Positions 30,436 to 41,059 of a stretch of 64,000 nt of DNA are shown here, piece after piece (the first letter of the stretch is position 1; every line of letters begins with the position of its first letter). The stretch comes from a virus. Its lineage: Duplodnaviria > Heunggongvirae > Uroviricota > Caudoviricetes. The position numbers and the translations under genes were made by a program. The stretch is from the IMG/VR virus record IMGVR_UViG_3300010885_065725. One strand, written 5' to 3'. The notes under the pieces were generated by a model. That model was not told the DNA's origin, did not search any database, and worked only from the letters and a program-made list of their open reading frames with translations.

Positions 30436-30674
30436 GCGATAAGCAATCAATGTATGCTTTGTGCATAGGTGTTCCTGCTCTTATATTGTTGTTAATAGTA
30501 TTAGCATACAATAGAGATGAACACTGGCAAGAGTTTCAAAAAGAACATAACTGTAAGGTTACTGGAAAGGTAGATGCCTCTGTTTTATATGCAAATAAAC
30601 ATAGTGTATATGTACCAGAGAAGACTACTTATTTATGTGACGATGGTATTCAATATACAAAATAAGGAAACACT

Positions 30675-31316
30675 ATGAAAATATATACTTCGAACTATCG
30701 ATCACACTGGCTGTCTCCTTATACAATCCTAGAGAAGTTTTTCTTCTGGAGAAAGGGATATGATGCATATGAACAAGAACCACCAAAATGGTTAAATAAT
30801 TTTTCAGAAGGATTATATAAGTTTTTAAATACGGTGCATCCTAGAATCAATTTCATAAAAATTGATCAATATGACGCATGGAATGCAGATCAAACAATTG
30901 CTTCTATTGTCCTTCCTATCCTGCGAGAAGTAAAAAAAGATAAACATGGTGCTTCTGCAGTAGACAACGAAGATTGTCCTGAACATTTGATGTCTTGTTA
31001 TTCTCCCAGAGTAGAAAGTGAATGGGATATAGATGACTTTTTTTTTCTTAGATATGAGTGGATGTTGGGTGAAATTATATGGTCATTTGAACAGATAATT
31101 AATAAAGATCATTGGGAAGAACAATATTATTCTGGTAATGCAGACTATATGACAATAGAATCTGATGAAGAAGATGATGGGATAAAGTTACTGGAAATAG
31201 TAAAAAGTCCTAACCATACACAAGAGACTGATTGGGAAGGAATGAAACTACATCAGAAGAGAATCAATAATGGATTAAGATTATTCGGAAAATATTTTCA
31301 ATCCTTTTGGACATAA
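30675..31316 (+). CDS. hypothetical protein
   Basis: 213-aa ORF, no recognisable motif. Confidence 0.3.
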   Translation: MKIYTSNYRSHWLSPYTILEKFFFWRKGYDAYEQEPPKWLNNFSEGLYKFLNTVHPRINFIKIDQYDAWNADQTIASIVLPILREVKKDKHGASAVDNEDCPEHLMSCYSPRVESEWDIDDFFFLRYEWMLGEIIWSFEQIINKDHWEEQYYSGNADYMTIESDEEDDGIKLLEIVKSPNHTQETDWEGMKLHQKRINNGLRLFGKYFQSFWT

Positions 31317-31577
31317 TAATAAAATATTTAAAATAATGCTTTACATTTGATATAAAAGGTATATAATATACATACTTATTAAATATTATTATTATGAGGA
31401 AAAAATGAAAAAGTATTTTAAAATGTTTTTTGGGTGTGTGATATTTGTTGGAATATCCGGATATTTATTGCCGTATCTATTTTCACAACCTTCGGACATG
31501 GCAGTATTGTTAGGAATTGTTGTATTGTCACTATTGGCACCTTTTGTATATATTTATGGGAAATGGGTATTTAAAGT

Positions 31578-32429
31578 ATGAAAAAATTATTATTAGCAGT
31601 AGCAATTGCGTCAACTCTAACAGCATGTTCTGATGTACCTTCAGGATATGTCGGAGTAAAAGTTAATCTTTTAGGATCTGATAAAGGTGTAGATGTAACA
31701 GAATTGGGAACTGGAAGATACTGGATTGGTTGGAATGAGAAATTATATACTTTTCCTACTTTCTCTCAGAATCAAGTCTGGACAAAGGATAAAACCGAGG
31801 GTTCTCCTAATGATGATTCGATGAGTTTTCAAACCGTTGAAGGTCTTTCTGTCAATACTGATCTTGGAATCACTTATGCAATTGATCCAAAGAAAGTATC
31901 TATTATCTTTCAGAAATATCGTAAAGGAATTGACGAGATCACTTCTGTATATATGAGAAGTATGGTACGTGATGCATTAGTAACAGAAGCATCTACACGA
32001 CCTATCGAATCTGTCTATGGAAAGGGTAAAGCAGAACTTATCGAAGCAGTTCAGGTAAGAGTTAAAAAACAAACAGAATCTATTGGTATTATGGTAGAAA
32101 AAATCTATTTAGTTGGTGACTTAAGATTGCCAGAGTCTATTACTAACTCTATCAATGCTAAAATAGAAGCAACTCAAAAGACTCAACAACGTGAAAACGA
32201 GATTCAACAATCCAAAGCAGAAGCAGACAAGTTAGTAGAAGAAGCCAGAGGTGATGCAGCATCTACTCTGCTGAGAGCAAATGCAGAAGCTCAGGCAATT
32301 GCTGTGAAAGGTAAGGCAATTTCTGATAATCCTCTTGTTATTCAATTGAATTCTATTGAAAAATGGAATGGTCAATTACCTACTACAATGATTCCAGGTT
32401 CTTCTACTCCTTTTATTAATATTAAATAA
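31578..32429 (+). CDS. SPFH/band-7 (prohibitin-like) domain lipoprotein
   Basis: Lipoprotein signal MKKLLLAVAIASTLTAC. The body resembles SPFH-domain proteins (VPSGYVGVKVNLLG..., coiled-coil KIEATQKTQQRENEIQQSKAEADKLVEEARG). Confidence 0.45.
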   Translation: MKKLLLAVAIASTLTACSDVPSGYVGVKVNLLGSDKGVDVTELGTGRYWIGWNEKLYTFPTFSQNQVWTKDKTEGSPNDDSMSFQTVEGLSVNTDLGITYAIDPKKVSIIFQKYRKGIDEITSVYMRSMVRDALVTEASTRPIESVYGKGKAELIEAVQVRVKKQTESIGIMVEKIYLVGDLRLPESITNSINAKIEATQKTQQRENEIQQSKAEADKLVEEARGDAASTLLRANAEAQAIAVKGKAISDNPLVIQLNSIEKWNGQLPTTMIPGSSTPFINIK

Positions 32430-33889
32430 AAATATTAATTTTTTTTATATTATGTAGTATAATACTTTTATGCTACATAATATTTTCAACATTAAAAATA
32501 TATAATAAAATGAATAAAATAACAGTTTTATGGGTAGTAACAGAAGAGACATTTCCAGTACGATATTTTAAATACGAAGATTACAATCTTGCAGTAGAAT
32601 GTATGATAGAAGAAATTAGAAAATGTTCTAGTATTCCATATACTTTCAATGAGTTATATTTTGCTGTATATGAGTCGAATCCACTAACAAAAGATGTAGA
32701 AGAATTATTAAAATTTAGAAGAGAAGTATGAAAAGATATAATGTAAAGGGAATGCCAGTAGAGTTCATTGAAGTATTGAATGGCTACTGGATAAAACACG
32801 AAGATTACGAGAATACTGTTCTTGATTATAATAAAATTATTTCTAGAATGTCAGATTCTGGAGAATCTTTTCGACAAGCAATTAAAGATGAATGCAATGA
32901 AAAACTAGAAAAACAACATCGTATAATTATCTATCTGTCCACGGCAACATTTGCTATGGCTTCAATATTATTATTTAAGGTATTATCGTAATGAAAGATT
33001 TTACAAAAGATGAAGAATTGACTTATAATACACTTTTATTAAACGTAAGAACTGCTTCTAGTAGTAATTGTAATTACCATATAGCACGACTTAAAGATTT
33101 TGTTGATGTAATGATAGCCAAACAAAATGGCTATTGTCCTGGTGGCTACGAAATTCCTTAATTTTTTATATTATGCATAATTATATTAGTCGATGGAAAA
33201 ATGCTCTTCGTTGGGCACAAAAGATCAAGGCATCTTTTGATACAGGAAAATATATTTTAGTTCATGACGAAGAAATATATACCCCTAATTATTGGAAAAT
33301 TGAAATAGACGAAGAAAGACAATTTATCATATTAATCTGTGAATCTAAAAATAGTAGAGAACGGATTTATGAATATGATTTAGAATATGATCATGGTTCT
33401 TATGATACTATAGCAGTATCTAATGAAAGATTTAGTACATATAAACTTTATAAGGTAGAAGAATGAGTGCAGATTTAGATAAATTGTTTAAAAAGAAAAA
33501 AATATATCCAGAAGATGTATTTATAGATATAGAAACAGGAAATTACAAAGCAAAAACTACTAATTGTCATGATTCTTGCCATGGCGGACATGGCACACAT
33601 GGCAGTCATATTGATCATGGTAACGGGAAAATAGATAAACCAGATTATCCTAAAGCAGTTCCATTGCCATCAGTAATTTGGATATTTCTTAGTGGAATAT
33701 TTTTCCTATTTTTTATTAATAGAAGAAAATGACTAGAGAAATGTTCAAAAAGTTTGTAAAAGAAATTAATAATATCTATTACTCCATGGAATGGATTCCA
33801 GAAGGTAATGTATCTGATGAAATTTTTGAAGAGGAAAATGAAATGCCTGAAAATTTAAAGGTATTATTGGTGAAACTTGTTTATGATAT

Positions 33890-34297
33890 ATGGTAGAAAT
33901 GATGAGTGAAGAAAGAAAGTTAATAAAGGATATGAAAATCTTACTAGAATGCACGGACATGGGTGGTCTACAGCGTCAAGCTGATGTGTTAATTGGGAGA
34001 GCTGTAAAACTACTCGCCCAACCTGATCAAGAGCCAGTAGCTTGGATGTATGACTGGAAAACAAAAGTTGAGCAACCATTTTTTGAATATAAAAATCATG
34101 TGACGACTGATATTACAGATAAAACTCAAATGGAGAATATCCGACCACTCTATATAGCACCACCAAAACCTGATCCTTTGGGTGCTGAAAGATTAAAAGC
34201 CATAGCAGTCGCAGATGAATTTTTACTTTATTGCAATGAAGATGAATTTATAGACATTGCCAGAGCTATTGAGAAAGCTCACGGTATAAGTATATGA
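33890..34297 (+). CDS. family B protein
   Basis: MSEERKLIKDMK, DQEPVAWMYDWK, RPLYIAPPKPDP. Confidence 0.4.
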   Translation: MVEMMSEERKLIKDMKILLECTDMGGLQRQADVLIGRAVKLLAQPDQEPVAWMYDWKTKVEQPFFEYKNHVTTDITDKTQMENIRPLYIAPPKPDPLGAERLKAIAVADEFLLYCNEDEFIDIARAIEKAHGISI

Positions 34298-34926
34298 AAG
34301 TCTATATTGTGACTGCCTATAGATGGGGTGATAGAGAGACGCATAGTTATGTTGTTGGTGTATTTGATGATAAAGAATTATCAATATTGGCTGCAAAAAC
34401 AGAAAAAGAATGGCGTGGAGGAAAATATGATTGTGAAGTAGTTTCTATGAAACTGAATGAATCACGAGAAAACAATAATTATGTAGTAGAATATAAAATC
34501 GAGGAATATTTTAAAAATGAAAAATTATAAAGAATTTATGGAAGCAGTGTTAGCTGGTGAAATCTTATATAAAGCTATTACTGATATTAAGATGAAACTT
34601 TGTCCAACAACTTTAAATATATCTTTAAAGAGTAAGGATGGTGTTTGGGTAGAAAATGTCTGTTGGTATTTTCCTGATATAGCAGAATGGGAAATTCTAC
34701 CAAAGACTATCAATATCAATGGTATTGAAGTTCCTGAACCAGTTAGGAAACCTTTAGCACATCAACAGAATTATTATTTGTTAGCAATCTATAGAGAAGT
34801 TTTTTATTGTTCTTGGCTTAGTACTGAACAAGATTATATGTGGTTAAATCAAGGTTTGATTCATCTAACAAAAGAAGCAGCCATTATTCACAGAGATGCT
34901 TTATTATCATTTACACAAAAATAGTT

Positions 34927-34955
34927 GTTTACTTTCTCTCTAGATGTAGTATAAT
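34927..34955 (+). promoter_or_regulatory. early promoter cassette copy 3
   Basis: GTTTAC 34927-34932, 17 bp, TATAAT 34950-34955, conserved leader, ATG at 34989 (57-aa ORF MNESIEYEINF..., not in the ORF track). Confidence 0.6.
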
Positions 34956-35676
34956 AACTTATACTTTTTAGAAACGAGAGATTATATTATGAATGAGTCA
35001 ATTGAATACGAAATAAATTTTACCCATTGGAATATCCTTCAAGGAAAGCATGAAAATAGATATGATTTTTTCAAGGCGAAATCTATAAAAGAAGTCAAAG
35101 CAATGACATATTGGAAATATGGCGATTTGATTGATATTTTATCTGTAAAGGTATTTGAATGAAACAACCAATTTTTACACCAACAATGACAAAGATGCAT
35201 TTATGAAAATATATTTATTATGGCAAAATGAAAATCGTGGATATGATACCTATGATTCTGTCGTTGTTGCAGCAGAAGATGAAGAGTCTGCTAGACAAAT
35301 CCATCCTAGCACTTGCTCGGAAAACCCTTGGAGTATAGGAAGTTGGAGTTGGGGTAGTAACTGGTGTTCTTCTCCTGATGATGTTAGTGTTGAATATATC
35401 GGAACATACGAAGGCGAAAAAACTAAACCCCATATAATTTTGGCATCATTTAACGCAGGGTGATAAGATGAGTGTTAAATTACAGCAGTTAGTTGAAGCA
35501 GAAATGGAACTGTATATGGAAGGTCTTTATGCCGATTCCAAATCTGCTCAATGGAGCTTAGAAGACTTTTCAAAAGAAGTGGTGAAGTTATGTGCTGAAC
35601 ATATCTTGAACAGTTCCGACAGACACAGAAGAGAATACTTTGCTGAATCTTTATTAGAAAACTTTGGAGTAGAATA

Positions 35677-35886
35677 ATGAAACCTAAAATTCTAGAAATT
35701 GCAAAGAAAGCTGGATTCCAAGAAGGATTCAGTTGGGCAATGGAATCATTTAGTATAGATACATTTGCCAAATTGATTATAGAAGATGCTTTGGATATAA
35801 TGAAAGATGAAATTTCTTATTATAGCGATTGGAGTGTTGCAGAAGGTACTTCTAAAAAAATCAAAGAACATTTTGGAGTTGAGTGA
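35677..35886 (+). CDS. family A protein
   Basis: MKPKILEIAKKAGFQEG...FAKLIIEDALDIMKDE...HFGVE. Confidence 0.35.
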   Translation: MKPKILEIAKKAGFQEGFSWAMESFSIDTFAKLIIEDALDIMKDEISYYSDWSVAEGTSKKIKEHFGVE

Positions 35887-36996
35887 TGGATGATAAAATT
35901 AAACAACTAAAAGAACTTTGGGTTAAAGCTCCATTAGAAGAATCAAAAGAACCCTATGTTGCATACAGAGTTGCACAAGAAACAGATGCAATGGTAGATA
36001 GTATTAGAAGGATGGCACACTATATGGCGTGTAAAGAATGGGAAGATTATCTCAATCAACTGAAAAAAGATAGGATATAATATAAATGATTGAACCAATA
36101 GATTTTAGTAAGTATGAAGTTCCAGAATTTCCTCATAGTATCCATTATCGGAATGATAAAGATGGTTACGAAGAGGCATTAGTAAACTGGCATAAACTAA
36201 ACGAGTCCACTGAGGCAGAATTTACAGTAAGGCTTGAATATTACTTGATGGATTATCTATCAATAGAGTTAAATGATGATTCTGTTGATATTGGTAAGAT
36301 TCAAACTTTAGTAGAGATTGCTATGAGTTATGTTGAGGGATGGGAAGAAGTAGTAGAACTTGCTGTTAGAATGTTACCTTTGATTATGGAGAAGAAATTA
36401 TGACCCCAGAAGAAAAGATTATGCAGTTGTCTGTGGGTAAAGTTGTAAAGTGGAATAGATCAAAATATCCTAATCATGTATTATATGTGCATATAATTGG
36501 GTTTGTTACTTGTTCAGGATGGACATTATCCACAGGTGTTATAGTTAATAATCATGGGAGCCAGTTATCAGCACCAGTACCATCAGAAGAGCTTGAATTA
36601 TGATGAATAAAACATATAAATAAAAATATAGCAGACCTTATATAAATTCGCATGGTCATATTGTCAGGATGCGACTAAAACTTGACAAGCTACCCTATTA
36701 AATTCCTACTATTTGAGAAATATATAATGCAAAATTATTCAAGAAAAAAAATTAAAGTAAAAATAATGAATACATCAAAATTGACATTCATTAAGCATAC
36801 AGGAAATGTTTGTCCTATCCCTATGGATTCTGTTGTTGTATATAGAACAACTTCCCCAGAAAATTTCAGAAGTCATGTACATGTTGCTGCGTCTGCAGAT
36901 GTTCTTACATGGGACGATTCTGCTCATATGGGAAGAATTTATGAGTATGCGATCATAAAATAAACATTGACAGATTATTGAGAAGAATATATAATA

Positions 36997-37998
36997 TTGC
37001 TTTCAACTTACATACATTATGAGAGAATAAAAAAAATGGCACATGAATTGACGATTAGAGAAAATGGGTTTGTAGAAACTGCGTGGACAGGAGATAGAAG
37101 TAAAATTTGGCATTTACAAGGACAACAATTGAGTGAAAATTCTTCAATAGAAGAATGGAAAGTACAGAGTGGTCTTGATTGGGATATTCTAGGATCTCCT
37201 ATTTCTTTTCAAGGAAATGGCGACAGAACTATTTTTCCTAGCAAGAAAGCACTCTATCGCAGTGATACTGTTGCTCCTCTTTCTATTGTAGGAAGCGACT
37301 ACAAAATTGTTCAGCCAGGAGAAGTATTAGAATTCTTCAGAGATCTCGTAGAGAATCACGGAATGAAACTTTCTGCGGCAGGATCTCTGTATGGCGGAAA
37401 AAAATTCTGGGCAACTGCAGAAGTAGGGAAGAGCGAAGAAATCACTTCTGGTGACGTAGTAGAAGGTTTTCTTTTACTCACAACTTCTGCAGATGGTACA
37501 CTTGCAACAACAGCAAAATTCTCTTCTGTACGCACCGTTTGCAACAATACCCTCAATATTGCATTAAATGGTTCAGGAAACCTTGTGAAGGTCTCTCACA
37601 AGTCGATTTTTGATGCTTCACAAGTAAAGATTGATCTTGGATTGATTGATACTGGCTGGAACAATTTTGTGAAGGATCTGCGTAATTTCAGCAACCAAGA
37701 AATCTCGCCTTCTTTTGCAAAAAGTTTTATTTTTGATCTTGTAATGAATAAAAAATTAGAAGTTAATGAACAACCAGATTCTGTTCATGACATTACTGCA
37801 AACATTATGAGTAAATTTCGTAATGGAATCGGAAACGAAGGTAAGACTTCATGGGATCTGTTGAATGGTATTACAGAATTTTATACTCATGAGAAAGGCA
37901 GAACAAGAACAACAGATGCATTATTCTGGAACAATTTTTATGGTTCTCAGGCAAAAATGAAATCTGACGCATACGATAGTTTACTATTGGCTGCATAA
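36997..37998 (+). CDS. hypothetical protein (probable start MAHELTIRENG at about 37036)
   Basis: About 320-aa ORF in the early region. No confident family assignment. Confidence 0.3.
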   Translation: MLSTYIHYERIKKMAHELTIRENGFVETAWTGDRSKIWHLQGQQLSENSSIEEWKVQSGLDWDILGSPISFQGNGDRTIFPSKKALYRSDTVAPLSIVGSDYKIVQPGEVLEFFRDLVENHGMKLSAAGSLYGGKKFWATAEVGKSEEITSGDVVEGFLLLTTSADGTLATTAKFSSVRTVCNNTLNIALNGSGNLVKVSHKSIFDASQVKIDLGLIDTGWNNFVKDLRNFSNQEISPSFAKSFIFDLVMNKKLEVNEQPDSVHDITANIMSKFRNGIGNEGKTSWDLLNGITEFYTHEKGRTRTTDALFWNNFYGSQAKMKSDAYDSLLLAA

Positions 37999-38073
37999 CA
38001 ATTTACTCTGTGCAAAGAGCCCTCTCAGGGATAGTGTAAAAAGCTATCCCTTTTTTTATTATAAGGAATTTAT

Positions 38074-38541
38074 ATGAGATACATTATTTTAATTACATTA
38101 CTATTTTCTTTTCCTTTGTATGCAACAGAAAATAATTCTGTTCCATTGGGAGCAATAAATGAAAATATCACACAAGAAAATATTCATTCTACAATTTGTG
38201 TGCCAAATTTTACTGATACGATACGACCAGATACACAATATACAAACAAATTGAAATTTTTGCAGATAGAACAACGAAAATATTCTGATAATAATATGAG
38301 ATCATATGAAGAAGATCATTATATTCCTTTGGGTATTGGCGGTCATCCCAGAGATAAAAATAATCTATGGCCGCAGCCATATTCCGGAAAATGTGGAGCA
38401 AAGATAAAAGATATTCTGGAATCGAAGTTGCATAATATGATATGTTCCGGAAAAATTCTTTTGAAGGATGCCCAAAAAGAAATTTCTACTGATTGGGTCG
38501 CATCATATAATAGACATATCAGACCTTTGAAGTGCAATTAA
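38074..38541 (+). CDS. secreted hypothetical protein
   Basis: N-terminal signal peptide MRYIILITLLFSFPLYA. Stop is adjacent to the start of the oxygenase-like gene. Confidence 0.35.
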   Translation: MRYIILITLLFSFPLYATENNSVPLGAINENITQENIHSTICVPNFTDTIRPDTQYTNKLKFLQIEQRKYSDNNMRSYEEDHYIPLGIGGHPRDKNNLWPQPYSGKCGAKIKDILESKLHNMICSGKILLKDAQKEISTDWVASYNRHIRPLKCN

Positions 38542-38542
38542 A

Positions 38543-39085
38543 ATGGGAAAAAAATATATAAAATTATATGAAAATGTACTTTCTGCAGAAATCTGTGAAC
38601 AACTGATAAAAAAATTTGATACTTCCACAGAATCAGAAAGTTTTGATGATGACACAAAAAAATTGGATCAGGTCACTCTTGATATGATAAATGATCCTCT
38701 TGCTATTGCAGTAGGAAATATTGCAGTAAATCTATTCGAATATCATGTATATTCGTGTGGAATGCTTCCGTGTCAGATACCACAGGATTTCGGTCTCGAA
38801 GGAATAAGAATAAAAAAATATTATGATACTTCTTGTCAGTTTCTTCCGCACTGTGATGTACTGGATCATGCATCTGCAAAAAGATATCTTTCTTTTCTAT
38901 TTTATTTGAATACAATAGAAGATGGTTCTGGCAGGACAGTTTTTATTGATGGAGAAAATGGAATGGCAATACAACCCAAACAAGGGAATTGTCTGGTATT
39001 TTTCCCTACTCCTGCGAACCCTCATTATGCAGAATCTTGCAATATGGATAAATATATTCTGAGTACATATATAAACTATATATAG
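38543..39085 (+). CDS. 2OG-Fe(II) oxygenase superfamily protein (prolyl hydroxylase/PhyH-like)
   Basis: HxD (LPHCDV) ... GRTVF ... second His in LVFFPTPANPHY, the typical double-stranded beta-helix iron-binding arrangement. Confidence 0.5.
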   Translation: MGKKYIKLYENVLSAEICEQLIKKFDTSTESESFDDDTKKLDQVTLDMINDPLAIAVGNIAVNLFEYHVYSCGMLPCQIPQDFGLEGIRIKKYYDTSCQFLPHCDVLDHASAKRYLSFLFYLNTIEDGSGRTVFIDGENGMAIQPKQGNCLVFFPTPANPHYAESCNMDKYILSTYINYI

Positions 39086-39275
39086 AGAAAGGAAATTGTT
39101 ATGTCATACTGGTTATTGAATTTTACTTTTGCAGGAATGTTCCTGTATACATCATATGTATTTGCAAAATTTTTAAAAGATAGAAATGATGATGACGATG
39201 ACGATCTGTATTGATATAATTTAAAATATGATATCACTGCCATATGAATAATATGGCAGTGATGATAGATATATT

Positions 39276-40955
39276 TTAATCTTTCATTCCAAGTTTTTTA
39301 ACATTTGCTGTACTAGGAACTTCTTTACCTACATGTGCAGGTCTTCCAGTAGCCTTTTCATGTGCAAAAGCTTCTTCTTGTTCGTCAGGATGATTTGCAT
39401 GCAGAATACCTGTAGCATGATCCAATCTATTAGTATCATGGAACATTGTACTATGAGACAAATCGTGTTTAGGTGTAGAACTTACTGCACTAGAAACAAT
39501 AGCCAATCCAACTCTCTTACCTGATCTTGTTTTAGTTGTTCCTGCATTTTGTTCTTCGTCTGCTGCACGATTATCATGTGCAGGTGTTATTGCATCATAG
39601 TCTTGATAATGATATCTTCTACGTTTAGTAGATCCATCAGAATCTTTTCTACTTTTAGTAGTCCATCCCCAACCATTGGGATGATGAAATTCTTCCTTAG
39701 TAGAATCTTTTTCTGAAACACCTTCTTCTTTATGACCTTCAGGAATATCTTTTCCTATCTTCCACGATCTAAATTTTTTGGTATTATTCATAAAATCTTC
39801 ATGATTTGTATATACTTTATCATGTGTTTTCTTTGATTTACTATTAGGTCTACGAATGTTTGCTACCACATATTGATTCATTGGATGTGGATTAGAGTCA
39901 CTTTCTGTGGTCTGTTCTGTCATATGTTCATCACGATTCTTCAGAGGATTAACAAATTCTGAAGTACCTGTGTCAGGATTCTTTTTTACAAATGGTCCTG
40001 AATTCGACCAAACTTTAAAATTTCCACTTTTAGGATCATTTTTATCTTGTGGATTCTTGGTATAACCATATCGAGTATATTTTACTCCAGCGTCCTGTGC
40101 TATTTTTTTGTTTAATGTATTGTGTAATTCGTTATATTTTTCATCATGATCATTAGTATAATTATCGCCTCTAAGTAAAAGATTACGATTATCTCTTCCT
40201 GCTTTTGCGTGCGCAAGTTTTATTTCATGCATTAATGTTAATACATGATCTCCATGACTTTCTAATGAATGACGTTCTGCTTGGCTATAGTGATCACGAG
40301 AAACACGATTAGTATCTTGTTGTCCTTGAGCTTTTTGTGCAAGACAACTACCACCAATACCTTTTTTTGCTCCTGTTCCACCACAAGAGGCAGTAGCATG
40401 ATTACATGTCACTTGATTGGAAATTGAACCATCACCAAGGATATGTGGATACACTGCAGGTGAACCTGAAATACCATATGTATGATTTTTTTTGCCACCG
40501 ATTACAACATCATTTGCAGTTTCATTTTTAGTATTTCCATGTAAATGTTTGCCACCTAAACCAGCAGCCTTTCTTCTTGCTTTTGCTCCAGCAACAGCAA
40601 TTCTTTGTTCTGCAGGTTCTAATTTATGAAAATTGTTTGCTACATCAACTGCATTATCGGAAAGTTCTTTATTTGATAATTTTTTATCTTGTTTTCCATA
40701 TACATTTTCTAATTTTTCCTGTTTTGCAGTTCTTAGTCCAGTATATTTTTCTGTAAACTTTGCATTTTTTTCTGGATCAAAATCAATATCTTCTTCTAAT
40801 GGACATTCACCTTCTGAAATTTCACTTTCATGAAGTTTTGTAATTTTAGGAAAAGGTTGTCCGATATATCCAGCATCCATTCCCAGGAATCCCTGATTAT
40901 CTTCGTCCCTTTGTTCTTTAGCATTTTCTTTATCGTGATCTTTAAATCCTAACAT
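39276..40955 (-). CDS. large low-complexity His/Gly/Lys/Asp-rich protein (possible virion internal or ejected protein)
   Basis: 559 aa, strongly hydrophilic, no hydrophobic core segments. Immediately downstream of the gp23 terminator in the late structural block. Confidence 0.35.
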   Translation of the reverse strand: MLGFKDHDKENAKEQRDEDNQGFLGMDAGYIGQPFPKITKLHESEISEGECPLEEDIDFDPEKNAKFTEKYTGLRTAKQEKLENVYGKQDKKLSNKELSDNAVDVANNFHKLEPAEQRIAVAGAKARRKAAGLGGKHLHGNTKNETANDVVIGGKKNHTYGISGSPAVYPHILGDGSISNQVTCNHATASCGGTGAKKGIGGSCLAQKAQGQQDTNRVSRDHYSQAERHSLESHGDHVLTLMHEIKLAHAKAGRDNRNLLLRGDNYTNDHDEKYNELHNTLNKKIAQDAGVKYTRYGYTKNPQDKNDPKSGNFKVWSNSGPFVKKNPDTGTSEFVNPLKNRDEHMTEQTTESDSNPHPMNQYVVANIRRPNSKSKKTHDKVYTNHEDFMNNTKKFRSWKIGKDIPEGHKEEGVSEKDSTKEEFHHPNGWGWTTKSRKDSDGSTKRRRYHYQDYDAITPAHDNRAADEEQNAGTTKTRSGKRVGLAIVSSAVSSTPKHDLSHSTMFHDTNRLDHATGILHANHPDEQEEAFAHEKATGRPAHVGKEVPSTANVKKLGMKD

Positions 40956-41004
40956 AATATTTCCTGTGATATTCTAATATAATTATTATATTTATTATAT
41001 TTTT

Positions 41005-41034
41005 AATAATAAAAAAGGGAGCCATATGGCTCCC
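41005..41034 (-). terminator. rho-independent terminator after the major capsid gene
   Basis: GGGAGCCATATGGCTCCC perfect hairpin (41017-41034). On the minus strand it is followed by TTTTTTATT. Confidence 0.65.
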
Positions 41035-41059
41035 TTAATGTCATACTTTCAAATTAAAA

